A stretch of DNA of 64,000 nt from Salpingoeca rosetta. Lineage: Eukaryota; Protista; Choanoflagellata. The translations under genes were made by a program, and so were the position numbers. Position 1 is the first letter of the stretch; every line of letters starts with the position of its first letter. Below are positions 1 to 12,590 of this stretch, piece after piece. The DNA lies in assembly GCA_033442325.1 (NCBI GenBank), contig JAWQFM010000001.1, positions 3,479,413-3,543,412 on the forward strand, read 5' to 3'. The notes under the pieces are model-generated. The model was not told the DNA's origin. It searched no databases and worked only from the letters and a program-made list of their open reading frames with translations.

Positions 1-441
1 ATCATCCATGTCTGCATCGTGGCGGTGATGGCTGCGTCGCCTGTCGTCGTCGTCGTCATCATCGCGATGATCATCGTACGGGCTTCGACCACGACCACGC
101 GACCTGTCTCTGTCTCGGCCCCTGTCCCTCTCGCGGCTCCGACTGCGGCTGCGACGTCGATCTCTGTCTCTGTCCCTGTCCCTGTCCCTGCTCCTGCTCC
201 TGCTTCGCCTGCGTCGGCGATCACGCTCTCTGCTGCGGCTGCGGCCTCGTCCCCTCCTGCGCCTGTGTTTGTCGCAGTCGTCATCGTCGCTATCATCTCG
301 CCTGTCTCTCGAGCTCCTCCTCCGCCTGTGCATGTCGCGATCATCTCTGCGGTGGTGATGGTCGGCATCGTCGTCCTTTGACTCGCGTGCGTCTTTAGAT
401 TGGCGCGGTTCGTCTCCTTGTCCTGCCTCCTCGAGCTCCCT

Positions 442-477
<36 letters not shown>

Positions 478-763
478 GAGTTCTTGCGCTCGCTTCTTCT
501 TCTTCGGGTTGATCCAGCGGCCAAACTCGTCTTTGACCAGCGTGAACTCGCGCGGCTGCTGGTTTCGCTTGATGTGCTCGCCCGTGTCCGCGTCTGTGCT
601 GCCGAAGAAGCCCTGCACGCCCCAGCCCACGGTGCCGCGCGCCCATCCGCGATCGAACTTGCCCCGCTTCACGGGCTTATCCCCACGCACAGCGTGTGGC
701 GCGTCAAACTTGCGGTGCTTCTGCATATCTTCAGAGAAGTCATCCCGCTCACACCTGCAATGC

Positions 764-818
<55 letters not shown>

Positions 819-1004
819 ATGTGTGGGGATGCATGTGTATGTGAATGAGAGAGAGAGAGAGTGTGTGTGTTAACCCATCCATACGACGGCAACATGCCTT
901 CTAGCCCAACGAAGAGGGTTAACAATTCACCACGTCGTGTTTGAACACTACCTTGGTGTTTCCTGGTCCACGACAGGGACAAACTGCCGCGATGAAGAAG
1001 ACAT
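1..1004 (-). CDS. RS/RD-rich (SR-like) hypothetical protein, 3' end outside the window
   Basis: ATG at 1004. Exons splice in frame (MSSSSRQFVPVVDQETPR|RHVAVVWM|GVSGMTSLK...) into a long open exon with poly-Q and RSRSRERDRDRD tracts that runs off the window edge. Confidence 0.65.
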
Positions 1005-1198
1005 GGCGATGACGGGCTGCGGGTGGTGGATGGTGTGTGTGGATGGTGTGTGTGGTGTGCTGTGTGTGTGTGTGTGGTGGTCGTTCGTCTCCTTCACGTT
1101 TGCCGAAATTGCACAGAATCGGCAACAACGGATACACAGAGGACGACAGTGGAAACAGAAGCAGCGCCACAACAGCAGCAGCAACACTCAACGAGGCG

Positions 1199-1614
1199 AT
1201 GAGCGTGGGGCGGTTACAGGGGTGGCTGCAGGAGGCTGGTGTGGGGTTGGTGGTGCTGTTGCAGGTGGCGCTGCTGCACATTGCGTTCTCATATACCAGC
1301 GCGAGGACCCGCGGTAGCGTGCCGTCCCGGTTTATGACGGTGGTGGTTCACGATGTTGCTGCGGCGCTGTTCTTCGCCGCGTCCATCTACAACCTGCTGC
1401 GCGTCATCGCTGCCGCACCCGTGAGCGCGCAGCGCAGGCATGATGTTCCAACCCAGGTCACCCGTGTCGCGTCCTCGGGACTTCCGACTGCTCAGTACAC
1501 AGCCAACCTTCAACCACGGTCAGTTGCAGAAGCATAGATAAAGAAAGAGAGAGAGAGGAGGGAGGGAGAGGGAGAAATTGCGTGTGTGCGTGCGTGTGTG
1601 TGAGTGTGCGAGTG

Positions 1615-1699
<85 letters not shown>

Positions 1700-2596
1700 G
1701 TGTTTGTTTGTTTGTTGACCTGATGCTGTTGCGGCAAGAGCGTGGTCACCAAGTTTGCGCTCACACGACGCTGCTCATTGCTTTCTCACACTTGGATCTA
1801 CACATGCGTTGCAAAACAACAACTTCACACGCACACATGCACACGTAACCAGGATCGCGCAGGCATTCACGGCACTGACGCAGGGGAGCAACCTGAAAAC
1901 GTTTGAGCTGCGTCACTTGATTCGCTTCTACTTGTACGGTGCCGCCTTTGGGTTCTTCACGGGCGCCTCCACGCTCGTCGTCATCTACTCTCAACACGGG
2001 TATGTTGTGTGTGTGTATGTGTGTCTGTCTCTGCGTGTCTATGTGTGTGTGTGTGTCTGTCTCTGCGTGTCTGTGTGTGTGTGTGTGTCTGTCTGTGTGT
2101 TGTCGATGGTGTTGTCGTTGCCCGTGAGGTTGTGGCACATGTGCGTGCGTGTTGATGGCTTGTTTGACCCAGTGGTTGACAGGACACTTTAACTTCGCAT
2201 GACGCCTTCATTCAGGTTAAAAGCGTTCACGCTGAGCACGTTCATGGCCATCGCATCGCCCATGGCCATGCTCTGGCAGGACGAAAGCACATGGGTACGC
2301 GTACATGTGTGTGTGTGTGGTGTGTGTCTGTGTGTGTGTGTGTGTGAGTGTGCGTGTGAGTGTGTACATATGTGTGGCTGATATCTGGTGGTGGTTCCGG
2401 CATGAAGGAGGTGCCGCTGGTGTCCGTCGAATGCCCTCACACCCCGTACGCTCCGCCTCCCTTGCTCTGCTTTCCCTCATCTGCTCGCTCATGCACCACC
2501 ACTTGCTGTATTAGTTTGACCATTACGTGGCGTTTACCACGCGTCTCGCCTTTGCCCAGTTCATCCTATGCGTCGCCGGCCTCATTTACCAGGTGT

Positions 2597-2678
<82 letters not shown>

Positions 2679-3119
2679 AGTGAGGTAGCGCCCAGTTACA
2701 ATCATGCGAACACGCACACACATATACACACGCACACATATATACATACACACATGCACACATGCACATGCATACACAACGCACGGACATGCTGCACCCA
2801 TGGCAGTCTCAACCCCCACTGGTTCTTGCACCCCCTTCACCCTCCACTGACATGTCGTGTCACGTGTGCCAGTTCCAGAACATTCTTCGCGGCGGCACCA
2901 CGGAACTGCCGGCCAAGCACACCATGCAGCAGCGCTCACTCACCTACTTTGCAGAGGTGTTTATGTGTGTGTGTGTGTCTGCGCGCGCATGTGTGCGTGT
3001 GCGTGTATGTGTGTGTTTATGTGTGTGTGTGTGTGTGTGTATTGGGAGAGGATCTTACTCTCACATGCCCTCTCGCCCAGTCGGCTTTGTGCTCATTGTG
3101 CCTCACTCTCACTCTCGCT

Positions 3120-3163
<44 letters not shown>

Positions 3164-3287
3164 ACGTGTTCAACGTTGGCCCCTGTAGGTGTTTGGCAAG
3201 TCCGGGTTGTACACGTGGTTCCTGCCGGCTTGGTTTGACGCCCCCATGGACAGGGCTGAGCTCACACACCAGGACAAGGTCATTTAA
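1199..3287 (+). CDS. Multi-pass membrane protein, ZDHHC22/24-like scaffold without the DHHC Cys-rich domain (6 exons, ~270 aa)
   Basis: Six GT-AG exons join in phase. Hydrophobic segments, RHLIRFYLYG, and a C-terminal YQFQNILRGGTTE...FAEVFGK...WFLP that resembles the TTxE and EVFG..P tail of DHHC proteins. Confidence 0.6.
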
Positions 3288-3940
3288 TAACGCCAGCCAA
3301 CGGCATCGGCAACCAACGCACAAACGCACGAACACACGCATGCAACAGTAATGATGAATGACATGTCATACAACGCATGCAAACAAACAAACAAATAAAA
3401 CACACACACACGCACAAACACAAAACATACATGCAAAAACACACACACACACAAAACATAAGACGTACTGTACTGCATGGGTTGTCTAAGCTTGTTACTT
3501 TCATTTGCTTGGCTTCTTGTACCTCGATAAAAGCGCAACAGAAACAGCTTCACCACCTTCAACATCATCACCACCACCATGTGTAACACGTGCACCAAAT
3601 CCCTCAAATGCAACGACCGACCAGGAGTGAGGGAGAAGGTGAAGGACTGCACCGATTGCACCAACAACGAGCACGGGCGAATAGAAACAGACACAGCAGG
3701 TGGCTGCAACTGGTGCGGTGCTCCAGCAATGACGTGGGGTGCTGTGGTTGTAACAACCGGAGAAACGCTGACACGCACACGCAACGGGCGTCGCGCGGGT
3801 GCTCACCCACACGCTTGTCTCACGCACTCACGCCCTCGCACGCTCTCCATCTCTCTATCTTTCTCTCCTTCCCTCTCCCTCTGCTTCCAATCCCTCACCA
3901 CCTCTCCTAACACCATACAGCCCGCCCGCCCACCCCCACC

Positions 3941-5017
3941 TCAGCCCTGCGTCTGGTCTCCCTCCTCACCCCTGCTCGGCCCCTCGTCACTTGTGGTGCC
4001 CGGCGACCTGCTCTCCTCACTCTTGTCACCATCAGCACCATCGCAATCACGCTGCCGTGCGTGTCCACTCTCGCCGTCGCCGCGGCACTGCAGCTGCACG
4101 TGTGTGAGCGGTGCGCGGATACCGACCGACCGCATGAGCGCCAGCGTCGCGTCCACGTGCGACACCGCCACCTCGTGCTCGCGCTCCGCCAGCACCACGG
4201 CCTCCGCCGCGCGGCAGTCGAGCTGCTGCATGCGCGCGTTGATGAGCGCCATCTGCAGCGGCGGCAGCGACGGGTTGAAAGCGCAGTTCTCCACGTAGCT
4301 CCCGCGCACGTGCTTGTCGCCAATCACCAGGACCAGACCCGCGTGGGAGAGGGTGTGGGGCGAGTACGACGCCTCCGCTGCGGCCACGGCGCTCTCCACG
4401 GCGGCCTTGGGCGCCACCGCCGCATCCGCATCCTTTCCGCTGCCGGGCACCACTGTTGGCGCAGCCAGCACGCGCAGCGGGGTCCTTGGGTGGGAGAGAA
4501 AGTGGATGGGGTCTGCGTGAAGGTCCGAGGGGCCAAAGCTGTGCGGCAGGAGCGCCTCAAACTTCAGCGGGTCGTGGTTGTCGACGAGGATGGTGATGTC
4601 CTTGGCGTTTGGGAGCTCGTTGATAAACTGGCGGCAGTGGCCGCAGGGCATGGCGGTGATGGCGATGGCCCTGACGGCCTCCTCGTGGCCAAGGAACGTG
4701 TTGGCCAGCGCGCACTGCTCCGCGTGGACGCAGGCGGCGATGCTCACACGGGTGTGCTCGTTGTTGGCGCCGAGGTAGACATTGCCCGAGGCGCCGAGGA
4801 CGGCTGCGCCGACGTTGAAGTTGCTGATGGGTGCGACGGAGAGCGTCCGCGCCTGGGGCAGGAGGGCGCGCAGGGCGTCTGTGTGCGTGACACCGGCGCG
4901 GGAAGTAATGGTGTCAAAGTCTGACGCGGAGATGCGCCAGGCCCCGCTTAGCCCCATGGTGTCCACAAAATGGGCCACGCGCTGCGGGGCGCTCAGAGTA
5001 GCGACGTCAAGCGACAT
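3941..5017 (-). CDS. cdd: Cytidine deaminase, homodimeric two-domain (E. coli Cdd/plant CDA) type, intronless; possible upstream in-frame ATG at 5302
   Basis: ISNFNVGAA, YLGANNE, zinc motifs HAEQ and PCGHCRQF, LLPHSFGPSDL, and a second domain with ASYSPH and GSYVENCAFNPSLPPLQMA. Confidence 0.93.
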   Translation of the reverse strand: MSLDVATLSAPQRVAHFVDTMGLSGAWRISASDFDTITSRAGVTHTDALRALLPQARTLSVAPISNFNVGAAVLGASGNVYLGANNEHTRVSIAACVHAEQCALANTFLGHEEAVRAIAITAMPCGHCRQFINELPNAKDITILVDNHDPLKFEALLPHSFGPSDLHADPIHFLSHPRTPLRVLAAPTVVPGSGKDADAAVAPKAAVESAVAAAEASYSPHTLSHAGLVLVIGDKHVRGSYVENCAFNPSLPPLQMALINARMQQLDCRAAEAVVLAEREHEVAVSHVDATLALMRSVGIRAPLTHVQLQCRGDGESGHARQRDCDGADGDKSEESRSPGTTSDEGPSRGEEGDQTQG

Positions 5018-5144
5018 GGGCGTTGGTGTGGGGGTGTTTGAAGATGAGCCGGAGCAGCAGCAGGTGGTGCAGGCCGTCGAGCAGCAGGAAGAGGCGGCTG
5101 AGGGCCAGCAGGAAGAGGAGGAGGAGGTGGTGGTGGTGCAACTG

Positions 5145-5176
<32 letters not shown>

Positions 5177-6009
5177 GGTGTGGAGACTGTGTTTTGTTGC
5201 TGCTCTTGTTGTTGGTGGTGCTGGTGGTGTTGTGTGAGATTGTGATGAGGTTGGGAGAATGCGCTGGCCCTTTGTTGTTGCTGTGCTTGTGGCAGTGTCC
5301 ATGTTTGGTTGTGGTTGAAAGAAACAAGCAAGAAGCAAGCACAGCGGGAAGAGTCAGACCAAAGGAAGAGAAAAGGAAGGAAAGCAGAAGAGAAGGCAAA
5401 AAGAGGAAGAGCAGGTGGGGGGAGGGACAACAAGCGACAACGGAAAACGATGGGCGGACGCGTCGCAACCACGCAGAGACAGTGGAGTGCACGCAAAGCT
5501 CACGCTAACGGAGCTGGTCACGACAAGCTGCTAGTGCAGAAAGAGAAGGCTGCAAAAAAAGGGTGGCACGTGTGCGGTTCTGCGTTCAACGAGTGCTAAC
5601 ACCGGGGACAGCTTTCAAGAAACATAGGCAATCATCGACAATGACTAACATTCGGCGAGCGAACGACTCGGGACACACCGAAGACCCTTTGAAAGGATCG
5701 ATAACTGATTGAGAGACAACGCAACCCCCTTAACGTGACGCGCCAAGCCAACGGAGCCAACGATCACCGAATGCTTACGTAGGCACACAACAGCTGTGTG
5801 GGGAAGCAGCGGAGAGAGACGTGCAGTTGTGTGTGATACAGTTGGATATGGCAAGCAAGCAAGCGGCCAGAAAGAAGAGAGGAAGCACAACAGCAGGGCG
5901 ACCACCAGCCACACACACGCACACACCCCGCGCCAAACAAGAGCAAAAGCAAGAAGGGAGAAAAAAGGCACGTGAATTTCAGTTTATGGTGTTGTGCCCT
6001 GTTATTGGG

Positions 6010-6131
<122 letters not shown>

Positions 6132-6636
6132 CTAACCTTCTGTGTTCTGTGACTTCCCCCCCCCCAAACTTCCTCAACACAAGAACACACAACACACAAC
6201 ACACATCGCAGCCGAATGGCACTCTCGTTCATGTCTTTGGGTGTATGGACAAGGAGGCGCGTACGAGAGAAGAGAACACAGGAAGAACAAGCTCAATAAG
6301 TGACAAGAAGACACACAGCCACTCAAAAGCAAGGGAAGCGAGAACGTAACGCAACAGAACGTAACCGCAGTCATACCTGCGAAAGAGAGAAGTGGAGTAA
6401 CACAAAGCAGAGTGCAAGCTAATGAGACGAGATGAAGCCGAAGCACGGCACGGTGGAGGGAACAACAGAGCAAAGGCGACACACCACACCAACCTGAAGT
6501 GAACGTTGAGGACAACGCGACCTGCAACGACAGCCATGAACGACACCGCACACACAGCGAAGGTATCAAACCAATCAACACCAACAACAACAACGTCACA
6601 ATCACCACCACCACCACCACCATCACCGAGGCCTTG

Positions 6637-7758
6637 TCATTCGGGAATGACAGAGTAGTAAGTGCCACTGCCAGCGGATGCAGCTGAATCACGGTTGCTG
6701 GTGTCGATTCGGAACGCGCGTGTGCGGGGTATCGTCTCATACTCGGCTTCGCCACCATCTGCTGCTGTCGGCTGCGGCAGTGGCAGACGCTGCCCGTGCA
6801 GCCCGTTGCGATGTTCCCACTGCTGCAATTGGGGCTGCTGCAAGTGATTCCGCCCTGGGGTGGCTGTGGATGGTTCGTACAGGATGTTTGCCGTGTGCCC
6901 TGGCACGTCCAGTTCTTCGTAGATGTGCTGCGACACGCCGCGCTCCTGTCGCCATTGACGGTGGGAGGATGTGGGGATCGCCAGCCCATAGTCGACTGTG
7001 TTCGGCCCGGCTGCTGCTAGTGACGGGGGCGATGGGTTGGTCGTGTGGTCCAGGGCAAGCCTGGTCTGCGAGCTCTCGTGGGCGGTGATGTCGTTGTGTG
7101 AAGAGGGGTCGTGCTGGCGGCCTTCAAGCACCAGTGCATAGCCTGCTGGTATCTGGCCCCAAGCACTGATCCCCGCGGGCGGCGGCGATGAAGCTGCCAC
7201 TCCTGCCGTCCGTACCGTCAGCGACTGCCTTTCTCTTTGCTGTTGTTGTGTGTGCCAGGGGCGGGCGCTGCTTGCTGCGGTCGACTCGTAGGTCATCGGC
7301 GTCTTCGTGGTGGGCGTGGTGGTGTACGGTGTGTCCTCTGCTGCAGCTGCAACCGACGGAGAAGGCGGCAGCAAAGCGGTGCTGCTGGAGGATTGCCGGG
7401 TCAGCGTCGGCATTGGCAAGAGCGGGGTGATGTTGTTGACGCGTTTTGCAGGTTGTGGGTGCTGTGGCTGCTGCTGTTGGTGTGGCAAGCGAAGGTCTGG
7501 CTGCACCCTCGGAGCTGCACGCTTGTTTGGCTTTGCTCTCCCACTGGCGCACGTGGACGCGTATTGTGGCGCGTGGCGCTGTCGCTTGTTGCGGCGCCAA
7601 AGCGACGACACGGACAGGCATCCCGCAAGCAGCGCAATGCACACCAGCAGCGGGACCACCATCAACACCGCCCCTCCCACGCTGCCGCCGGGGCAGAGCG
7701 GGCACGAAGGCGCATTCGTCGGGCGACTAGCGCCACCACTGCCAGCGGCCACGACCAT
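6637..7758 (-). CDS. Single-pass transmembrane protein with a disordered Tyr-motif-rich cytoplasmic tail (adaptor-like)
   Basis: ~373-aa ORF. Hydrophobic stretch AVLMVVPLLVCIALLAGCLSV followed by basic WRRNKRQR. Tail has DYGL, HIYEEL, LYEP, EYETI and YYSVI. Confidence 0.7.
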   Translation of the reverse strand: MVVAAGSGGASRPTNAPSCPLCPGGSVGGAVLMVVPLLVCIALLAGCLSVSSLWRRNKRQRHAPQYASTCASGRAKPNKRAAPRVQPDLRLPHQQQQPQHPQPAKRVNNITPLLPMPTLTRQSSSSTALLPPSPSVAAAAEDTPYTTTPTTKTPMTYESTAASSARPWHTQQQQRERQSLTVRTAGVAASSPPPAGISAWGQIPAGYALVLEGRQHDPSSHNDITAHESSQTRLALDHTTNPSPPSLAAAGPNTVDYGLAIPTSSHRQWRQERGVSQHIYEELDVPGHTANILYEPSTATPGRNHLQQPQLQQWEHRNGLHGQRLPLPQPTAADGGEAEYETIPRTRAFRIDTSNRDSAASAGSGTYYSVIPE

Positions 7759-8284
7759 ACCCTTTGCTCTCACGCGCTGTTCCTTGCAGCCGATGGTTGG
7801 TTGCCTCTTGGCAAAAGCATCACACCTGCCTGCCTGTAGTGTAGATGGTCAGGAAAAGGGTGGTCGAGGGTGGCGAGACAGGTGCACAGCTGGATGAGGT
7901 GCACGCAAGCAAGACAAGGTAGACGATGGGTGAGTGTCGTCGTGGTGTGGTGTGGCCATTCGCTTCAAGCAAGCGAGCCAAGCGAGCGCAGGGGCGAAAC
8001 ACAAACAAAGAGCAACCACGTTCGCTCAGCATGAGGACCTCGTTTGGCGCTCTTTGGAAGGGAGGGTGACCTGATGTGACTTGAGGTTGGAAGGAAGGAC
8101 AGGACAGGACAGGACAGCAAGGAGAAGGTGTACCAGCGACGCAAAGAAGTATGAAGTGAAGCAAGCGCCTGCCTGCAAGCACACAACAAGGTTGCTTCAG
8201 TGTTGTTGTGGGTTGTGGGTTGTTGTGGGAAGATTTTGCGCGCACTCGTCACACTGTTCCTCGTGTTGCCCAAAACCCCCAACA

Positions 8285-8386
8285 ATGATGATGGGGAGGC
8301 TGATTCAACGAGGAGCAGCAGCCACTGCTGTTGCGATCACGACCACACGCGCAGCACACTCTGCTGCAAGCTTTGCAGGTCAGCCG

Positions 8387-8458
<72 letters not shown>

Positions 8459-8858
8459 GTACGTGGACACGTCGGCCACTTCTGCACATCGCTATACTGA
8501 TAATACTCAATATTCAATCCGCGGGTGATCTATTTGATCTAATGGCGGATTTTGTCAAAGCAACGTAAGCACCCTAAGGAAATCCTACGACACAAGAGTC
8601 TGCAAACTGCAGGACAATTCGATGTCGTGATGGATAGTGTGAAGTCAGAGGTACAAGCTTGTTCCTCGAGGAATCAAGAACATAGGAGGTAACTATTGTT
8701 CTGAGGTTATCAGATTTAGGGATCTCTTCTAAATATCACTAACGAGACGCGAAGCATTGATAAACTCCTAGCAGCGTTGCATGAGCCTACTGGATTAATC
8801 ATTCGGTCGGTTCAGGCATCGTGGTGAGTTCGACCATAGGCGCGGCTTCTGCGCCGCG

Positions 8859-8928
<70 letters not shown>

Positions 8929-9121
8929 GAACTGACGTGTTCGTGACTCTTGTTTTGGATGCAGTGCGCCCAGCGCTGTTGGATGCGGTGAAGCAGCTTG
9001 GTTTCACCAAGCCAACTCCAATCCAGAGCACCGTTGCTGACGCCCTCAGTAGCAACACCATGCGCAAACCCCTCATTGTCGGTGCTCAAACCGGCAGTGG
9101 CAAGACACTCGGTGAGTTGTA

Positions 9122-9163
<42 letters not shown>

Positions 9164-10819
9164 GGAGTGCGTGCGCGCGCGCGCGTGTGTGTGTGCTCCG
9201 TGTGTATGCGCGCGTGTTTGTGCATACATGTGTTTGTGCATACATGTGTTTGTGCATACAAGTGCTTGTGCTAGCGGCTCTTGCCCAGTGCCCGCTTCTT
9301 GACGTACAATCAGCCTGCCTCCTGCCGTCTTCTCCTCAACCCGAGACACACACACACACACACACACACTTGCATACACACACACACACACTTGCATACA
9401 CACACATTGGCACTGTTGCACACGTGCGAAAGCGTATGTGTTGCCCATGCTGGATGAGTTACTGCAAGCACCTGGACGAGGATGTGGACTCGTAGTAACA
9501 CCTGGCAAAGAGCTGTGTATGCAGGCAAGTCACGGGTTGGCAGTTTCCCTCGCCTTTGATTGCCACGGTCCACTATCGCGTGCGCTCTCTCCACCCCATG
9601 TCTCATACACACTGACACACTGACGCAATGGTAACATGCACAGGTGACGCAAGTTTGCTATGCTGTGGCCAGCAAGGTGGGGATGAAGACCGTGCAAATG
9701 TACTCCTATGACACCCTCGACCAACTCAACAACCCAGATGTCATCGTCACGACAGACACCGTCCTCAAGACTGTACGTCACAAGCACACCTGCCCGTGCA
9801 TGGCCAGCTGAAGGTCGCCCATGCAGAGCTTGGGCATGGCTCTGCACGCGCGCGCGCACAATCTGCGACTCACCCTCACTTGACTGCACACACACACACT
9901 CACACACACACACACACTCACACTCACACTCACACTCACACTCACACGCACCATTGTCGTGTCTGCAAAGGTTGACCTGTCTACACTAGCGGATCGCCTT
10001 TGCTATCTGGTAATCGATGAGTTTGATGCGGCCTTCACTGGAACAGAGACCACCCATCTCTGGTCCCTCATTCGTCAAGTCGGTAAGGTTGATGAACGCC
10101 CAAGCGCACATGACACATTCATGCACAGCCATTCACACGCACACGCACAAACACACGCGCACACACACACACACACATACACACACACTCACTCCCACTC
10201 TCTCCCTGCGTCTGCGTAGCGCCTGGAGCCCTCAAGTTATCGTATTTGAAGCGACAGCGTGCGATAAAGCTTGGTGCGTGCCGCATTGCTCCCCCCTTCA
10301 GATGTGCTTATCTGCGAGTGCACTGACAAACGCAAATGTGGGAGCCACGATTTGCATTGCCATGTACCCACCAGAATACACAGTTACATGCACACACGCA
10401 CGCTGCTGCATGTTCACCCCATATATGTGTGTGTGTGTGTGTGCGTGTGCGTGTGTGTGTGTGTGTGTACGTGCGTGTGCGTGTGCGTGTGTGTGTGTGT
10501 GTGTCAGGGCTTGATCCTAGTGAGGAAGAGGAGCATGCAGTGCGCCCACAGGTCATCTTCACCGGCGCTACCCTCCCTGATCGCGGCACCAAGTCCACCA
10601 TGGCCGAGGTGTGCAGCCGCCTCGCACCTCACATCATCGTCTCAACACCAAAGTTAGCAGGCAGGCCGTGAGTGTGTGTGTCTGACTGTATGATTGTGTG
10701 TGTCTGTGTGTCTGTGTGTCTGCCTGCCTGTGTGCGTGTCAGTGTGTATCTGTGTGTTTTTCTTTGCTTCCCTGCGTTTGTCATGGTTCTTCGTGTTGCT
10801 TTTGAGAGCCAGCAAGAGG

Positions 10820-10885
<66 letters not shown>

Positions 10886-11788
10886 CAACAGGTTGCACAC
10901 GCCTGTTGACCGGCTTGTGCAGCTGTTTGACTTCACGTGTGTGACGCAGGAGCCCTCGCCCGCACCGCGTCCGATTGTCAACACGACGCCTCTCGTCACC
11001 GCTGTCTCGAGGGCCCTGGATGAGGGATGGAAGGAGCGACAACAACACCAACACCAACAGGAGGCAGAGTGTTCTGTGGATGATGGGACATCTTGCAAGG
11101 TGTGCCGCCTGACGCAACACGCTTACACGTGCACGCTCATGCACTGCATGTCTGGATGTGTGTGTGTGTGTGTCTGCCTGTCTGTCTGTGTATCGGTTTG
11201 ACTCAGGCACACACGCACGCAAGCACACACACACGCGCGCGCACGCGCACGCACACACACGCATACACACACACACACTCTCTCTCTCTCTTGTCCTCTC
11301 ATGCTCACTGGTACTCACAAGCAATCGCATGTCCACGTCACAGCACGCGCGCGTGTGCGAATATGTCAGCGCTGCGCTGCAGCAAGATGCGTCTGTTCTC
11401 GTGTTCAACAACACTGTGAACAGCGCCATCGCTCTCAGCGAAACACTGAACGCCCGCTTTGGAGGCGAGTGAACAACCAGACGACACATGTGTGTGTGGG
11501 TGGGTGGATTAGTGAGCTGATCGTGTCAGAGGTTGCACTTCACGTTTCACTTCTTCATTTCGTCTCACACGCGCGCTCGTTTGCATGCATATCACGTACA
11601 AACACACCATTCTCAACACAATGTCTTCACTGCCGTGCCTCAGACGCCGTCCGGCCCCTGCACAAGAAAATACCGCCGCGCCAGCGATCAGCCACCCTCG
11701 AGGCATTCAAGCAGGTGTGCGCACGAATGTGTGCATACATGTGTGTGTGTATGCATGTTCTACAAGGATGCCTTGAGCATTCACACAC

Positions 11789-11852
<64 letters not shown>

Positions 11853-12123
11853 CGCCACAACCACAGGGCGACGTGAAGGTGCTGTGCTGCACGGATTTGC
11901 TCGCGCGTGGCATTGATCTGAACGTCGACCTCATCTTGCAAGCAGATTTTGCACAGGTGCGTGTGCGTGTGCGTGTGTGTATGTGTAAAAACGCCCGTAT
12001 GTGAAAAATGCCGACTCATTATCTGACCTTGCTCTATGCACTTTCATCAGGATGTCGTGTCATATCTCCATCGCATCGGACGGACGGCGAGGAATGGCAA
12101 ACACGGTTGCGGTGAGTGCATCT

Positions 12124-12194
<71 letters not shown>

Positions 12195-12590
12195 ATTACT
12201 CACTCACTCACCACGTAACCTCCCCCCTCTCCTTCCAACGACGGCACAGCGGTGTCGGTAGTGTGCGACGAGCGGCTGCCGCTGGCGAAGGAGATTGCAG
12301 CGCAACTCGACAGCCGACGCGCACAGCAGTGGCACTCGTGGCGGGTGGCAGAGGCTGGCACTGCCACGGAGCACGATACGTCGCCCGAACAAGATGGTGC
12401 TGACGCCGGCACAGCACAACGCACGACCGAGAGCAGTGATGTCGGTATCAGTGGTGTCAGTGGTGTTGGCGCTGCAACGCTGTCTTCGCTGTTCAGCCGC
12501 AATCGCTCAGGACGGAAACGCCGACAGAGGGAACAACGCAGTGGCGGTGGCGTGACGAAGAAGGGCAATAAGCAGAGGAGGCGCGGGTGA
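8285..12590 (+). CDS. DDX28: DEAD-box RNA helicase, DDX28-like (probably mitochondrial), multi-exon
   Basis: Q motif GFTKPTPIQ, AQTGSGKT, TPGKELCMQ, DEFD, motif III GAT (as in DDX28), TDLLARGID, YLHRIGRTAR. Arg/Ala/Thr-rich presequence-like N-terminus. Family is certain; orthology is inferred. Confidence 0.8.

Noticed and set aside
3579-3760. Plus-strand ORF with three CxxC pairs (MCNTC..CTDC..CNWC)
   Set aside because: It lies antisense to the deaminase 3' region, runs on into low-complexity sequence and matches no recognisable zinc-finger spacing. Likely chance.
8680-8700. Shine-Dalgarno-like aggaggt
   Set aside because: No downstream ORF, and the context is a eukaryotic intron.
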